The notes beneath the pieces were generated by a model that ran no database searches, had not been told where the DNA came from, and worked only from the letters and a program-made list of their open reading frames with translations. From the NCBI GenBank assembly GCA_002811645.1, contig PDIP01000022.1:107417-171416 (forward strand): DNA of 64,000 nt, given 5' to 3'. This stretch comes from Corallochytrium limacisporum Hawaii. Taxonomy: Eukaryota; Protista; Pluriformea. Positions 11,648 through 23,030 of this stretch are shown here, piece after piece. Each line of letters starts with the position of its first letter. The stretch's first letter is position 1. The translations under genes and the position numbers were made by a program.

Positions 11648-12065
11648 TGTGTAACGCCAGCTAATGGGTAGCTGTTAAAGGATGGAGAAAAATAAATATA
11701 TAAATAGCTGGGCAATCTGCTAGGTCCCATAGCACCCGTCCACTCTGGCTTGTCTCGACCGCCCGAGTACCTGGGCTAGACCGATAGTAACTTGATGTTT
11801 GGCAACCATCAGAGACAGCAGGTTGATGCAAGACGCATGTTCCTGTTCAGTATGGATTGGATGTCATGATGGTACATGTGTCCAAATGCTACCCTGATAT
11901 CTCACGTCCGGTGGGATGGATCTCGAAGGCAACTGATTCTGCCAGCCAACCAGGGGCCTCTAAAAAAAAAGGAAAAAAAATAACTCGTTGAGAGAGAGGA
12001 GTGGGCACATTGGTGGGCCGATGACTGATAAACACAATACAACGACGACATTACTGTAATGATGG

Positions 12066-12314
12066 ACATGTTCGGAGCATGCAGAAGTGCTCAAACTCCA
12101 CCAGATGGTTGTGAAGCTCATGCATAACGTCTTGGTGCAAAAAAAAGAAAAAAAAAAGAAAAAAAAAAGGAAAAAAAAATGGCTCGGCATCCGGGAATCG
12201 AACCCGGGTCTTCCGCGTGACAGGCGGAGATACTTACCACTATACTAATGCCGATGTGTTACGCCAGCTAATGGGTAGCTGTAAGGAAGGGAGAAAAATA
12301 AATATATGAATAGC
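12066..12314. repeat. tRNA-Asp cassette copy 2
   Basis: Homologous to 11375-11708 without the extra half-tRNA. Confidence 0.9.
12183..12254 (-). tRNA. tRNA-Asp(GTC), identical second copy, encoded CCA at 12180-12182 then oligo-T
   Basis: Same cloverleaf as 11576-11647. Confidence 0.97.
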
Positions 12315-12630
12315 AGATAGACCTCCTGGGCGGGAAAATGTCGAGTTAGTGGGACATGGTCTTTCTTTAGAGGCAATTGGCCGTCCATTTGCGAAACGAT
12401 TAGCTACATCTGGCGAGAAGATGATGCCGTGTGCATGCACTGCATGCTCGTGATACAGATCTGAAGTCTGAGCTGGCAAACCCATTCCGCCCCCGGACCA
12501 CAGCGCGACCTCTGTGTTGTCGGGTTGGGTGGCCCCCATGGTCAGTTTTCTGTCCGTTGCGAAGGTGAGTTTTGGGAGACGGGAGCAGAGGACGGGGGAG
12601 AATCATCGGGGGGACAATTTTCTTTTTTTC

Positions 12631-12664
12631 TCTCCCTCTCTCTCTCTCTCTCTGTGTGTGTGTG
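12631..12664. repeat. (CT)n(GT)n microsatellite
   Basis: Read directly from the sequence. Confidence 0.85.
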
Positions 12665-12908
12665 TCTGGTGTGGGTGGGCTGGTCTGAGTCCCCGGGGAG
12701 CGTCCGATCTCGCTGTGGAGATATCGAAACGCGCAAATAACAAACAAACGAAACTAAGCTGCGAAAAGGTAAAGCTATGTCACGGATCTTACGGAAACAG
12801 GCAGTGGCAAATCCAAATAAAAAACATAGACCAGGGAAATAACACTTACCACAGAAAATAATCATGACTTAGGGATATCGTAACAGTAGAAACAATAACT
12901 GACCAGAG

Positions 12909-15900
12909 ATGACGTCGCCGACCAAGACGTACAGTGTCCTCACCAGGAACGACTCGTTGGTTGTGCGGCACAATGACCGACTGGATTCGCTCGTCTTTAC
13001 CACCCATGGTGTAAGCAAATACACTGTGGACGACACATCCATCATCCAGGAGGAGAGTACGTCCCTATTGGACTGTTCATACGTGCTGGGTCTCTTGGAT
13101 CTGCGCAACAGTAACCTACTTTCCGTGTCTGGCCAGTATGTGAATGAATATCTTGTGGTGGTCACATTTGCATCGACCATGTTCAACGGTGTTAGCGAAG
13201 GCATCGGCCTCGACGGACACGACGCCATCTTTTTCGGCGTCCGTAAAGTTGCGCTCGTGCCGATCGGTCACCGCCGGCCTCAGGTCCTCGATGGGCCGCG
13301 TCTGAGTGCACTGTCCCGGGACCGCAGCGGCGGTGGTATGAACGACTCCCAGCCACAATCATCGTTACAACAGTCACCGTCACAATCACGAGCACCACTA
13401 AACAGCAATGGGCCATACGCAGGTGAGACCCCAGCAGACTCAGCCGATCGGTTCTCAGTTCCGCCGGAATACGTGAGCTTGTTAAAGAATGTGGTTAAGC
13501 TGCTGGAGGATGGGAGTTTCTATTTTGCAAGCGGGTACGACCTAAGCCACCGCATGGAACGCCAGCCGAACGCGGTGGAGGCCGAGCAACATAACTACGC
13601 TCTAAGCCACGACGCCCGGTTCTTATGGAACGAAAGTCTGGTGGAACCATTGCGTGATACAGGACTGGACGTCAGCCCGTGGACAGTGCGGTTGATACGC
13701 GGGCACTTGGCGTACGCCAAACTGTTTTTGGGAGACTCACAGCTGCACATCATGTTGATTTCACGCCTGAGCGGGGGACGGGCTGGTCGACGGTTCCAGA
13801 CGCGCGGTGTCGATGACGATGGCAACGTGGCCAATTACGTGGAAACGGAGGTCATTCTGTACACAGATGAGTTTACCACAGCCATGGTTCAGGTGCGCGG
13901 GTCCGTGCCGCTCTTTTGGGAACAAACCGGTCTGCAGCTCGGGGCCCACAAAGTAAAATTTCCTCGCACCGACGAGGCATCGGCCCCGGCGTTTCAAAAG
14001 CACGTCGACCGTATGCTCGAGGATTTTGAGAAATTATATATTTTGAACTTGTTAGGCAGTTCCAAGGAGGGTGAGAAACTATTGACAGACAAGTTTGAGT
14101 TCGCAGTCAAGAACTTCGGGCGGCAAAATGACCTCATATACCAATGGTTTGACATGCATTCCAAGACCAAAGGCGGCAGGTACGACGACGGTGTGCGGCA
14201 AATGATTGAAAAGGTGGGCAGCCAGTTACACGACTATGGCTTCTACGTGAGCCACTACGGCAGTCCGCTTCGTTTCCAGTTGGGGGTGGTGCGAACCAAC
14301 TGCCTCGACTGTTTGGACCGCACTAACATGGCCATGTCGTACATGAGCTTTGAAATGTTGTCAGAAATGATGATCACCGTGGGTGTCACGGAGGAGCGGT
14401 ACCTGCACCAGGTGCGTGAGAAAATGAAGCAAATGTGGGGTCTCAACGGTGACCGGCTGTCTATAATTTACGCTGGAACGGGAGCCATGCGTGCTGACGT
14501 GACAGCCAAGGGCAAACGGACGTACACCGGCCGTCTGCAGGACTTTGCCAAAAGCGCGACTCGTTTGGTGCAGAACAATCTGGGTGATCGCAAGGTACAG
14601 GACACTATTGACTTGTTATTGGGCAAGGCGAAGGAGAAGGATGATTTGATGATTGCCGGAGGCGGCGGCGGTTCTGAGGATTCACGTAGTATGGCCGACG
14701 CGCCCTCCTTTGGTGGCGCCGCGCCCGGTTCAGATTTGAATTCGGTTTCGTCCGGCTTAGATATGGGTTCGCTGAGTTTGCTCGACGCTGGCGGTGCTGG
14801 CGGCGTCACTGCCTCCCCCACGAAAACGAGTAGCGCATTTCCAACTACCCAGTCATCGTCGTCACCGATTCCCCCACCAACGCAGTCCACTGGTGTCAAT
14901 CTAATGGTACAGACGCTAAACGCACAGCTGCAGAGCAAACTGGCTGAATACGAACACGAATTCAGCCAGTACCAGGACGTTATTGTTCATATTGGCACCT
15001 GGAATGTCAATGGAGGCAAAAACTATGGCGCTGAAGACATGCTCCCTTGGCTGCACTGCATGGTCGAGAATAGCCTGCAGCAATCCGATATGGGATCGGA
15101 TGACCCCGGCTGGTCCAGCAACGGTAGCAGCCGTGGCGTCCTTCCGCATGTGTATGTGATTGGCTTTCAGGAACTGGTAGATTTGACTGCAGGCAACATG
15201 ATGGCCGCGGATGCACAGAATCGCAACATGTGGGAGCAGGAGCTGGTCCAGGCCATGAACAAGCTGGGTGAAGTTGATCAGGCGCATCGCGCAAATTTGA
15301 GCAGCACAGCATCGGCGCAGATTCAGGCTGATCCATACGTGTTGGTGCGGTCAGAGCAGCTAGTTGGCGTGGGTCTCTTTGTGTTTGTCAAGCGTTCATA
15401 TACGGCACATGTGCGGGACATGGTCGTGTCTAAAGTCAAAGTCGGAATGCATGGCCTGGTAGGCAACAAAGGAGGCGTTGCGTGTCGCATGCGACTCTTT
15501 GACACTCGAATCTGCTTTATCACGGCACATTTGGCGGCAGGCCAGTCTAATGTTCATGACCGCAACGAAGATTTTCATGATATTATGAAGCAATTGAGAT
15601 TCGGTAAGGGGCGGAGGGTCGCGGGCCACGACATGATCTTTTGGTTTGGCGATTTCAACTACCGTATCGACAATACGCCCATTGATGAGGTCAAAGAATT
15701 GATCAAGACCCAGGAATGGACCACGCTGTGGGCACATGACCAACTACGCACGTCACGTTCGGCGAAGAAGGCGTTCGTGGGTTTCCAAGAAGGGGCATTG
15801 ACCTTTGCTCCAACTTACAAATATGACATTGGCACGCAGACGTATGATACTTCGGAGAAGCAGCGCATTCCGGCGTGGACGGACCGCGTGCTTTGGCAAG

Positions 15901-17192
15901 GCAAGGGGGTGCGCCAGCTGCTCTACAATCGCGCCGAGCTAGTGAGCAGCGATCATCGACCCGTCATGGCCGTTTTCAATGTCTCCTGCCGCATTGTTGA
16001 CCAGCGCCGTTACAACGAAGTCAAGCAGCGAGTTGCACGCCAACTCGAGGAGGACGCACTCGCTGTGACACTCAAGCCAATTGCGCCTGAGGTACAGGAA
16101 AATACCGTGCTCGAGTTGTTGCAAGCCCATGGCATTGGCATTACAGGGATAAAGATCTTGGGCGGACGGGCTGAACTGCGCGTGCCGTCGCGGGTCCATG
16201 CGAAGCTCATCTTGGAGCTGAGTCAGCAACAGCCGACCACACCTGGATCCGCGTGGCCTGGGGATCCCGCAACCGCTTCTGGCGCCGGATTGGAGTTGGC
16301 TGGATTCCCGCTCGAGGCAATGGTGAAGGATAGCGAGGGCCAAGCTGTCGATCTTTCGGACGTTCAGTTGGAATCATCATCCTGGCCGGTCGGTAACGGG
16401 AAGTTAGTCGGCGACGGAGACACTACCACGATGCATTCCATGGTGTCACTCGAAGTGGGCACGGGATATGGAGGTTCTCCTGGAGCAGCATCACCCGTCA
16501 TGCCACCCTCGCGTCCAATCAATCCGAAACGACTCTCTGCACTTACTGCTACAGGTGGTAGCGCTGCTGGGGTCGGCGGCGGTGGCGACAATGCGTCGCT
16601 GTACTCATTTGATTCCGGCGCCGGCGCCGACAACCGCAGCGATTTTGATCCCTTCGAGGAGTATGACCGCTCGCAGCAACCCCAGCAGCCTGCGTTGGGC
16701 AGCGGCAGCGCGGGTATTGGCTCGCCCCCCCGTCCTTCTCCACCACCGCAGGCGCAATCTCCGCCGGAGTCGCGGCCTGGACCGAACCGACCAGCCCTCC
16801 CGCCGCCGATGCCGCCACAGCGACCGCAGTCCCAGCCCCCAATACCGCCTCGTCGACCAGAGATGCCGCCTACGGGTAATGTCTTTATTCAGCAGTCGCT
16901 ATCCCCACAGTCGTCGCCGCGGGGCTGGCCACCAAAGCCACCAGCCCAGCATCAGCAGCAACTACCACCACAGCTGCAGCCACAGCAACCACAGTACAGT
17001 GAAGTTGACCAATTGCTGGGAAGCATTGACCAAGAGCTTCCGCAGCATCGGTCGGCGCCTGCTGCACCGATTGCGGCACCCCGGCGCGTGCCCCCGCCTT
17101 TGCCAGGGAATCATCCTAATCGGCCCCCGTCTTCCGTACCCACTAGGCCGCCCCGGCGCATTCCGAGACCCGGCGAGCAGCAGCCACGTTGA
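12909..17192 (+). CDS. SYNJ: Synaptojanin (Sac1 domain + inositol 5-phosphatase + proline-rich tail; 1427 aa)
   Basis: RGVDDDGNVANYVETE, QVRGSVPLFW, CX5R RTNCLDCLDRTN; GTWNVNG, FWFGDFNYRI, PAWTDRVLW, SSDHRPV; PxxP-rich C-terminus with DPF. Confidence 0.96.
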   Translation: MTSPTKTYSVLTRNDSLVVRHNDRLDSLVFTTHGVSKYTVDDTSIIQEESTSLLDCSYVLGLLDLRNSNLLSVSGQYVNEYLVVVTFASTMFNGVSEGIGLDGHDAIFFGVRKVALVPIGHRRPQVLDGPRLSALSRDRSGGGMNDSQPQSSLQQSPSQSRAPLNSNGPYAGETPADSADRFSVPPEYVSLLKNVVKLLEDGSFYFASGYDLSHRMERQPNAVEAEQHNYALSHDARFLWNESLVEPLRDTGLDVSPWTVRLIRGHLAYAKLFLGDSQLHIMLISRLSGGRAGRRFQTRGVDDDGNVANYVETEVILYTDEFTTAMVQVRGSVPLFWEQTGLQLGAHKVKFPRTDEASAPAFQKHVDRMLEDFEKLYILNLLGSSKEGEKLLTDKFEFAVKNFGRQNDLIYQWFDMHSKTKGGRYDDGVRQMIEKVGSQLHDYGFYVSHYGSPLRFQLGVVRTNCLDCLDRTNMAMSYMSFEMLSEMMITVGVTEERYLHQVREKMKQMWGLNGDRLSIIYAGTGAMRADVTAKGKRTYTGRLQDFAKSATRLVQNNLGDRKVQDTIDLLLGKAKEKDDLMIAGGGGGSEDSRSMADAPSFGGAAPGSDLNSVSSGLDMGSLSLLDAGGAGGVTASPTKTSSAFPTTQSSSSPIPPPTQSTGVNLMVQTLNAQLQSKLAEYEHEFSQYQDVIVHIGTWNVNGGKNYGAEDMLPWLHCMVENSLQQSDMGSDDPGWSSNGSSRGVLPHVYVIGFQELVDLTAGNMMAADAQNRNMWEQELVQAMNKLGEVDQAHRANLSSTASAQIQADPYVLVRSEQLVGVGLFVFVKRSYTAHVRDMVVSKVKVGMHGLVGNKGGVACRMRLFDTRICFITAHLAAGQSNVHDRNEDFHDIMKQLRFGKGRRVAGHDMIFWFGDFNYRIDNTPIDEVKELIKTQEWTTLWAHDQLRTSRSAKKAFVGFQEGALTFAPTYKYDIGTQTYDTSEKQRIPAWTDRVLWQGKGVRQLLYNRAELVSSDHRPVMAVFNVSCRIVDQRRYNEVKQRVARQLEEDALAVTLKPIAPEVQENTVLELLQAHGIGITGIKILGGRAELRVPSRVHAKLILELSQQQPTTPGSAWPGDPATASGAGLELAGFPLEAMVKDSEGQAVDLSDVQLESSSWPVGNGKLVGDGDTTTMHSMVSLEVGTGYGGSPGAASPVMPPSRPINPKRLSALTATGGSAAGVGGGGDNASLYSFDSGAGADNRSDFDPFEEYDRSQQPQQPALGSGSAGIGSPPRPSPPPQAQSPPESRPGPNRPALPPPMPPQRPQSQPPIPPRRPEMPPTGNVFIQQSLSPQSSPRGWPPKPPAQHQQQLPPQLQPQQPQYSEVDQLLGSIDQELPQHRSAPAAPIAAPRRVPPPLPGNHPNRPPSSVPTRPPRRIPRPGEQQPR

Positions 17193-17921
17193 AGCCGGAT
17201 GCAAAATGGTGCTGGGGAAGATCCAGGATCACTTTCGTCCGTGACGGGCTATTCAGGCACAGAACGATAATGAATAATGAACTTAGTAGTGAATCGATTT
17301 GGTCTTTGTTTTGATGCTTGATTGATGTGGTCCCAGGTTCAACGGTATGCCTTTCCACCCCTGCGCCCGATGCATTTTATGTCACACGGTTTCCGCGGTC
17401 GTTCTGGACCGACCTCCCCTCCCCGAGCGGGGGGATCCCTTCCCGCGCGTCTGGACGACCGTTGGGTCTCGCCGAACGGTGGCACAGCGGGCGAGCGGAT
17501 TTGAGGGGCAGAGGAAGGCGTAGTGGGCACCCAAAGGAAGGGGAACCAGTTGGGCACCATCATTGTGTCTTCGTCAATAGTGGTTTGTTTGTGTTATATT
17601 ACGGGGTGCTCTCCACGACTTCTTAAGAGGGCTTAGGACTGGTGATCTACGTAGTGGTATAACAGGATCCCGGGCATAGATTTTGTTTTTCAAAGATCTG
17701 TCGCTTTGTGTGGTGGAAATGCAACATGTAGAGAACAATTATGGGCCAGGTCCGCTAACGAATGCTGACCCTATGGGATATAGTCATGACTCACAACTAA
17801 AACCATGAAAGCACGATAAGTGACATAGAACTACTATCAAACCATGCAGAAATGCAAACGAGAACAGGCAAAGTGAAGAATTTAGAGCGCACAACCCGCG
17901 GATACGAAGACGCAAACAGAC

Positions 17922-20588
17922 ATGAGAGCACCACGGGGATCGATGGAGATCTTTATTCTCTCAGAATCCGGAAAACCTGTGTACGCACGATACGGTGATG
18001 CTAGTGGACAGTCTGATGTCTTTGCCCTCATATCATCCATCATGTTCACTGGAGTCGAGATCGGTGGCAGTCTTCGCTTTGTTGATGTCGAGGACCCAGA
18101 CACGGTGGGTGGGGTCATGCGCACGGCGTTTCTGTTCCGGGCTGGGCTCGTCTTCGCGGCGGTGGCGCGGTCCGGGCCGATGCTTACGACCGATGATCTG
18201 CAGATCAAGAGCGATACGCAAGCCGATGCTACTGCCTCGTCAGGGGTGCTGCTGCAATTGGCAGTACCCCGGCCGGAGCTTATGGCGAGCTACCTGCGGA
18301 TTTGCTATGAAGAAATCGTCCTTACCTTGAGCGGAGCGCACATTCGCCGGACGCTAGACCGGTCTCCTGGGTTTGACTTACGCCGCATGCTCGTCGGTAA
18401 TGATCTCATTCTCAAGCGTATGCTTCAGGATGGCCATGACAGTTCCGATTTGTTGGCCCAAGATGGTATGGAGTCTAGCAACGAGGGTAGAGATGCGGGA
18501 GAAGAAACGACAGAGGGACTACCAACATCACAACCATTAGTATCGATGCAGAAACATCTGCTGCTCAACGGAGACGATGCCACTATGGTACACCGTCTGT
18601 GCCATGCAATGGCCACACCGACGGTGATACCCATGGCTGAGTTCTGGCGCACACGGATTGTGCAGGCCATGACCGCGGCAGCAAAGGGCAAAGCCGCCGG
18701 AGGACCGGGCGATGCCTCCGGACCCCCACCACCCCCGGGAATTTATGCACAAGTCCGAGCTGCACGGTATCGATCCGCGAGGCAGGCGACGACGGCCAGC
18801 ACAGGAAATTCAGACACAGACACCGAAGAAGCGTCGATACCAATGCTTCCTCGAACTCAACCACCTGACGCAGCCCCGAACCGTCTGATGCTCAGCTGTC
18901 TGTTCGTGGCTACGCAGCCGCTGGCCTGCGTTCGTGGCCGTGGGTTTGAGAGCAGCAGTGGTGGAGGACCCAGCGGTGGCAGTGGGACCGGCTCGTCCGG
19001 GAACCGGGGCAGTGGTACTAATGCTACCAGCGTCAAAGGCACAGAACCCAGCGGCGACCGCACAGTAACAATGGAGGATCTCATGCTTGTTCTCTCCTGG
19101 ATTCACGCCAATCGTTCCTTCCGCACAGGCATCGGCGGTGGTGAGATGTGGGTCCCTATCTGCCTCCCTCGCTTTGACGACAGCGCATTTGTGCACTGCT
19201 ACGTTGCGTTCATTGATGCCGAACTCAAGATTGGCCTGGTCTGCCTTAGTCCCCACCGCGACGATTTCTTTGAAGTCGCGCGCTATCGCGCGGCTTTGGA
19301 AGGTAGACTCTTCGCTGGACTACCACAGCAAATGGTCAATACGCACAATCTGCTGGAACGAAGCCATGGCACCTATCTCCGTGCCCTCCGAAGGAACGCC
19401 TCCAGTGGAGCGCTGAACACTGTTGCGGTATCAGAAGGGGTGGAACAGACGCAGCAGACCGAATTGACGGCTGGAACGGCAGGCGTCGTCGATGCCTCTA
19501 CCACCTCTGCTGACACCCGCTCCCAGGGTACAAATAGCAACGCCAGCGCTGCGGGAAGCACAGGCAGTACAGTGGACGTGACCTGGACGCTCATGGACAT
19601 TATTCTCAGCGAGCTGCAGGAAACGAATATGGTACGTCACCATCGGAACATGCTCCGCATTCCGTTGGTCCGTCACTACGTCATCCGTCATCGCACGCTC
19701 CGGCAAATTATCGTCGCTCCGACGGCACCGCCACGCACTTTGGAACGTTCTGAGACGCTGCCGGAGGTATTGCGCTGGTATTTGGACGATGCAACCTGGC
19801 TGGAGGATGGCAAAGATGAGAGCGGGCCTGTGAGATGGCAGTCTCCGGAGGATAGTCGACCATACGGCATGAAGGCTTCAAATCAGATATCTCAGGACAA
19901 GCCGGTGGTCTCCGGCGCTACTGGCACTACTGTCGCAGATGACAGTGCGGGCTGCAAAAAGGAGACGATGAAGAATTGTGGCATATCACAGTCTACCCCT
20001 GAAGATGAACGAGAGCTTTGCGGTGGTCATTCGCTGTCCCCCACGCTGCTCGATCTCAACGAAGACCAAATCGCCCGCCTACACCTCCGCGTGCGCCACC
20101 TAAACTGGCAGATTGCTACAGAACGATACCTGCAGACCAGGACGCGACTCACAGGCACAGCAGTGGAGGCCGGTGGTGACAGTGCATTCGGAGATGCGCT
20201 GCAGACCGAAGTACGACAGCGTATGGAACGTTCGTATGTCCGCGCGGAGCAGCAGGCACATGCTCACCACAACCATTCCTCGTCATTCCGGCATAGTAGA
20301 AGTGGGAGTGGCACATCATCGACATCGGCGACAAATCCTGCCTCTAGCGCCCTTGCGAAACCGCCTGCGGTGCCAGCTTTAAAGGGACAAGGGTCGCGTA
20401 CACTGAAGTTCTACGAATTACGCACGAAAGACGGTGTGACGGTCGGCGTTAGCAGTGCGCAATACGAAATCTACGCTATGTTCAGCCCAGTGGCGTCCAA
20501 TACCACTATCAACAGTTCAATCAATTCCCTCGCCAAGGCCTTGGGCGAGAATGAGCGAAACCTCTTCATGTCACGTGCGGTACTTTGA
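17922..20588 (+). CDS. MON1: Mon1 (Mon1-Ccz1 Rab7 GEF subunit) with low-complexity insertions (888 aa)
   Basis: IFILSESGKPVYARYGD, FDLRRML, EMWVPICLPRFD..AFVHCYV, YEIYAMFSP, ERNLF C-terminus. Confidence 0.9.
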   Translation: MRAPRGSMEIFILSESGKPVYARYGDASGQSDVFALISSIMFTGVEIGGSLRFVDVEDPDTVGGVMRTAFLFRAGLVFAAVARSGPMLTTDDLQIKSDTQADATASSGVLLQLAVPRPELMASYLRICYEEIVLTLSGAHIRRTLDRSPGFDLRRMLVGNDLILKRMLQDGHDSSDLLAQDGMESSNEGRDAGEETTEGLPTSQPLVSMQKHLLLNGDDATMVHRLCHAMATPTVIPMAEFWRTRIVQAMTAAAKGKAAGGPGDASGPPPPPGIYAQVRAARYRSARQATTASTGNSDTDTEEASIPMLPRTQPPDAAPNRLMLSCLFVATQPLACVRGRGFESSSGGGPSGGSGTGSSGNRGSGTNATSVKGTEPSGDRTVTMEDLMLVLSWIHANRSFRTGIGGGEMWVPICLPRFDDSAFVHCYVAFIDAELKIGLVCLSPHRDDFFEVARYRAALEGRLFAGLPQQMVNTHNLLERSHGTYLRALRRNASSGALNTVAVSEGVEQTQQTELTAGTAGVVDASTTSADTRSQGTNSNASAAGSTGSTVDVTWTLMDIILSELQETNMVRHHRNMLRIPLVRHYVIRHRTLRQIIVAPTAPPRTLERSETLPEVLRWYLDDATWLEDGKDESGPVRWQSPEDSRPYGMKASNQISQDKPVVSGATGTTVADDSAGCKKETMKNCGISQSTPEDERELCGGHSLSPTLLDLNEDQIARLHLRVRHLNWQIATERYLQTRTRLTGTAVEAGGDSAFGDALQTEVRQRMERSYVRAEQQAHAHHNHSSSFRHSRSGSGTSSTSATNPASSALAKPPAVPALKGQGSRTLKFYELRTKDGVTVGVSSAQYEIYAMFSPVASNTTINSSINSLAKALGENERNLFMSRAVL

Positions 20589-20736
20589 TCATATTGTATT
20601 GCCAATATAAGTGTGTCCGTCCATCCCCGTTTCTACAATGTCCTCATCCTGACAACCATATCCCCTGTTCACTAGTTGGATATTGATTTTCTTTGTACTA
20701 CTATTCTTTATTGGCCACAATTTGTCGATGCATCAA

Positions 20737-21510
20737 TTAGTGCACTCCCGAATTGTCCACGACCACATCGAGCTTAACGGTTAGTGTCTGATCAAACTTC
20801 ATAGCCGGCGTCACAGGTGTTAGAGAGCACAGCGCCAATTCGCACGGGTAGCGGTTCAATTGATGGTTCCGTGACTTGGCTGTCTGCGCCAGCGTGAACT
20901 CTGCATGAGCTTTACCCACCACTCCGTCTAAGTATATTTGAATCATTTCGTCCTCAGTATAAACATCTCCAGAGCTCGAATCGCAGAAAAAGGACCGCTC
21001 AAATACCGAGAGGTCCGCAGCGCCTTCGTCGTTCATGGCAATTACCAGCGCTGCGTCTGAGGTTACTGTGTGCGAGGACCGACTGTCGATTGATGACGAG
21101 GATCCACCACTGTTGTCGCCATTCTGTTGTGCTGAGTCGACCCCACCGTCCGTGGTACTGAGCTGGCGGTAACCGCTGCCGTGCGCGCTGATCGTCGCAG
21201 CGGGCAAGGATTTCTTGTCCGGAACAATGTGGTTGAGGAAATGCAACCTCTCCTGCAGTGGTATATGCCAGATTGGAGTTGACACATTAACCCGACCGTC
21301 CCCCTTAAGCACCAGGGACTGGATGGACCCGCAGTTGAGTGTAACTTCATACGTGACATAGTAGCCCTGTGCTGATACCTGATGTAGGAACTCAGGTTGC
21401 TTGGACAGGGCTTTGTCCGTCTCCATAGATGCCAACGCATTGGTGGAAGTGAAAATGATCAGCAATAGTGCCCATACGCACAGCGTCGTCCTGTGCAGTG
21501 GATCTGACAT
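20737..21510 (-). CDS. Hypothetical protein with predicted signal peptide (257 aa)
   Basis: ATG ORF converging on Mon1; LCVWALLLIIFTSTNALA signal-like segment. Confidence 0.7.
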   Translation of the reverse strand: MSDPLHRTTLCVWALLLIIFTSTNALASMETDKALSKQPEFLHQVSAQGYYVTYEVTLNCGSIQSLVLKGDGRVNVSTPIWHIPLQERLHFLNHIVPDKKSLPAATISAHGSGYRQLSTTDGGVDSAQQNGDNSGGSSSSIDSRSSHTVTSDAALVIAMNDEGAADLSVFERSFFCDSSSGDVYTEDEMIQIYLDGVVGKAHAEFTLAQTAKSRNHQLNRYPCELALCSLTPVTPAMKFDQTLTVKLDVVVDNSGVH

Positions 21511-23030
21511 TTCCTCGGTTTTTCTGTTGCAAAGTATCCAACGAGATCTCTGTTGTCTGTTCGTCTCACATCTGAGGCTCTGTTTGTAGTTTACGTTCTA
21601 TCAACGGTACAGGTATGTTTTCTGTTGACCAAATCTACTTTCATGTACATATTCATTTTATATTTACAAATACCATTTTATTCCCTCAACTTATCACTGC
21701 ACACTGCAACCTCCGTGTCATTGCTGTCACCCGGAAGCCCGGTGCCAACAACCATTGCTGCCGCTTTGTGCTCCAACAATCGTCGTGCAGTGAAAGATGC
21801 GGGTTTCTCTTCTCCCCCCTTCCCCGGGTGAGGAACGGGGGAAGTCCCCCTTGCTATACAGCCCGCTGGGGAGGGGGGGGGGCGGGGAGAGAAAGGGGCC
21901 GAGTTTTTCCCCTTTCTCTCCTCCTTGCTCTCTTTGCGCGGATCTAAGTTTTAGCCTTTTTTTTTTGGGGGGGGGGGCAGGTAAGTGCGGATGTGGAGAC
22001 ACCGCACCGGGTGCGCGTGGACCCCTCTACACCGGGGGGAGGAGTTGAGTAAAGCAAAGCAGTCGTCTCTCCCGTTTATGTGTGTGTATGTGCGGTTGGT
22101 GTGCGTAGGGATCCCATGGATATATTGTGTGCAGGACCAAGGAAGAAAATATTACCGGCCGAGGCTGATGTGGGGTGCGCTGGGGTGTTCACAGGCGTGG
22201 GCGCTCGGATATGGGGAGCTGTGACAGGTGGTATGGAAAGTATGGAGACATGCTGTGCGGTAGTTGTGTCATTGTGTGCAAAGTAAAACGCGAGCCAGGG
22301 CAGGCGTGAATAATGCGTGGTGATTCAGAAATTTTGCCGACCTGGCCTAGATGAACAGGATTGCTGGCGTGTCCAAAGCACCACCATTTTCCAATCTCCG
22401 AACTTTGGTCGTCGTGTAGCGAACGCGCCTGTGCCCAACTGGCACAACAACAGACTGCTGAAAATCGGGCGACATCCAAGGGAACGATGGGGTTGGAATT
22501 CCGTACGTAGTAATGCATGACGATGGGTATTGAATACCATCCCCATGGGAGGAAGGCGCTATTTTCGAGCAATCTCCTGCTGCTGTCCGTTTCTAATTCT
22601 AATTCTCGTCCGGGGCCTATTTTATCCGCAGCAAAAGCGGGGGCCGGTGCGGGTCGATTTTCTGCCCTCGGACGGGTGACGACAGAGCTCGGACAGGCAC
22701 ACTCCCCCCCGGGGGGGGGCCCTCCGGCCAACGAGACCAGAGTGGCTGTTGTGGCCCCAGCTCAGCAGGTGGGTGCCGTTGTGGCTGAGAGGTGGGTTGG
22801 GCACTTACACTGTGCCCTTGTGAGGTTCGGTCAGGGAGCTGTATCTGTGTAGGTAGAAGGGTTGCCAGGTTGATCGCATGAAATCAGGATACTGTTGCTC
22901 GTTGTAAATTTTAGTGTACACTACTACGACAGCGATGATCCGGGGATAGCGCAGGTTTTGCATATCTGCTGAAGTCTTATAGAAACAGCAAGGAAGGGAA
23001 CCACAATTGCACGAACCTGACACCAAGAAA

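Larger units (their letters stand above)
11375..11708. repeat. tRNA-Asp cassette copy 1 (direct repeat of 12066-12314)
   Basis: Flanks CATGCAGAAGTG...CTTGGTGCAAAA and ACGCCAGCTAATGGGTAGCTGT...AAATATAT shared with copy 2, with scattered substitutions. Confidence 0.9.

Noticed and set aside
16468-17244. 258-aa alternative-frame ORF in the synaptojanin tail
   Set aside because: Expected from GC-rich Pro/Gln codons; no independent support
21978-21986. Perfect donor CAG/GTAAGT, possible 5'UTR intron of SURF1
   Set aside because: No acceptor or branch site can be assigned without transcripts
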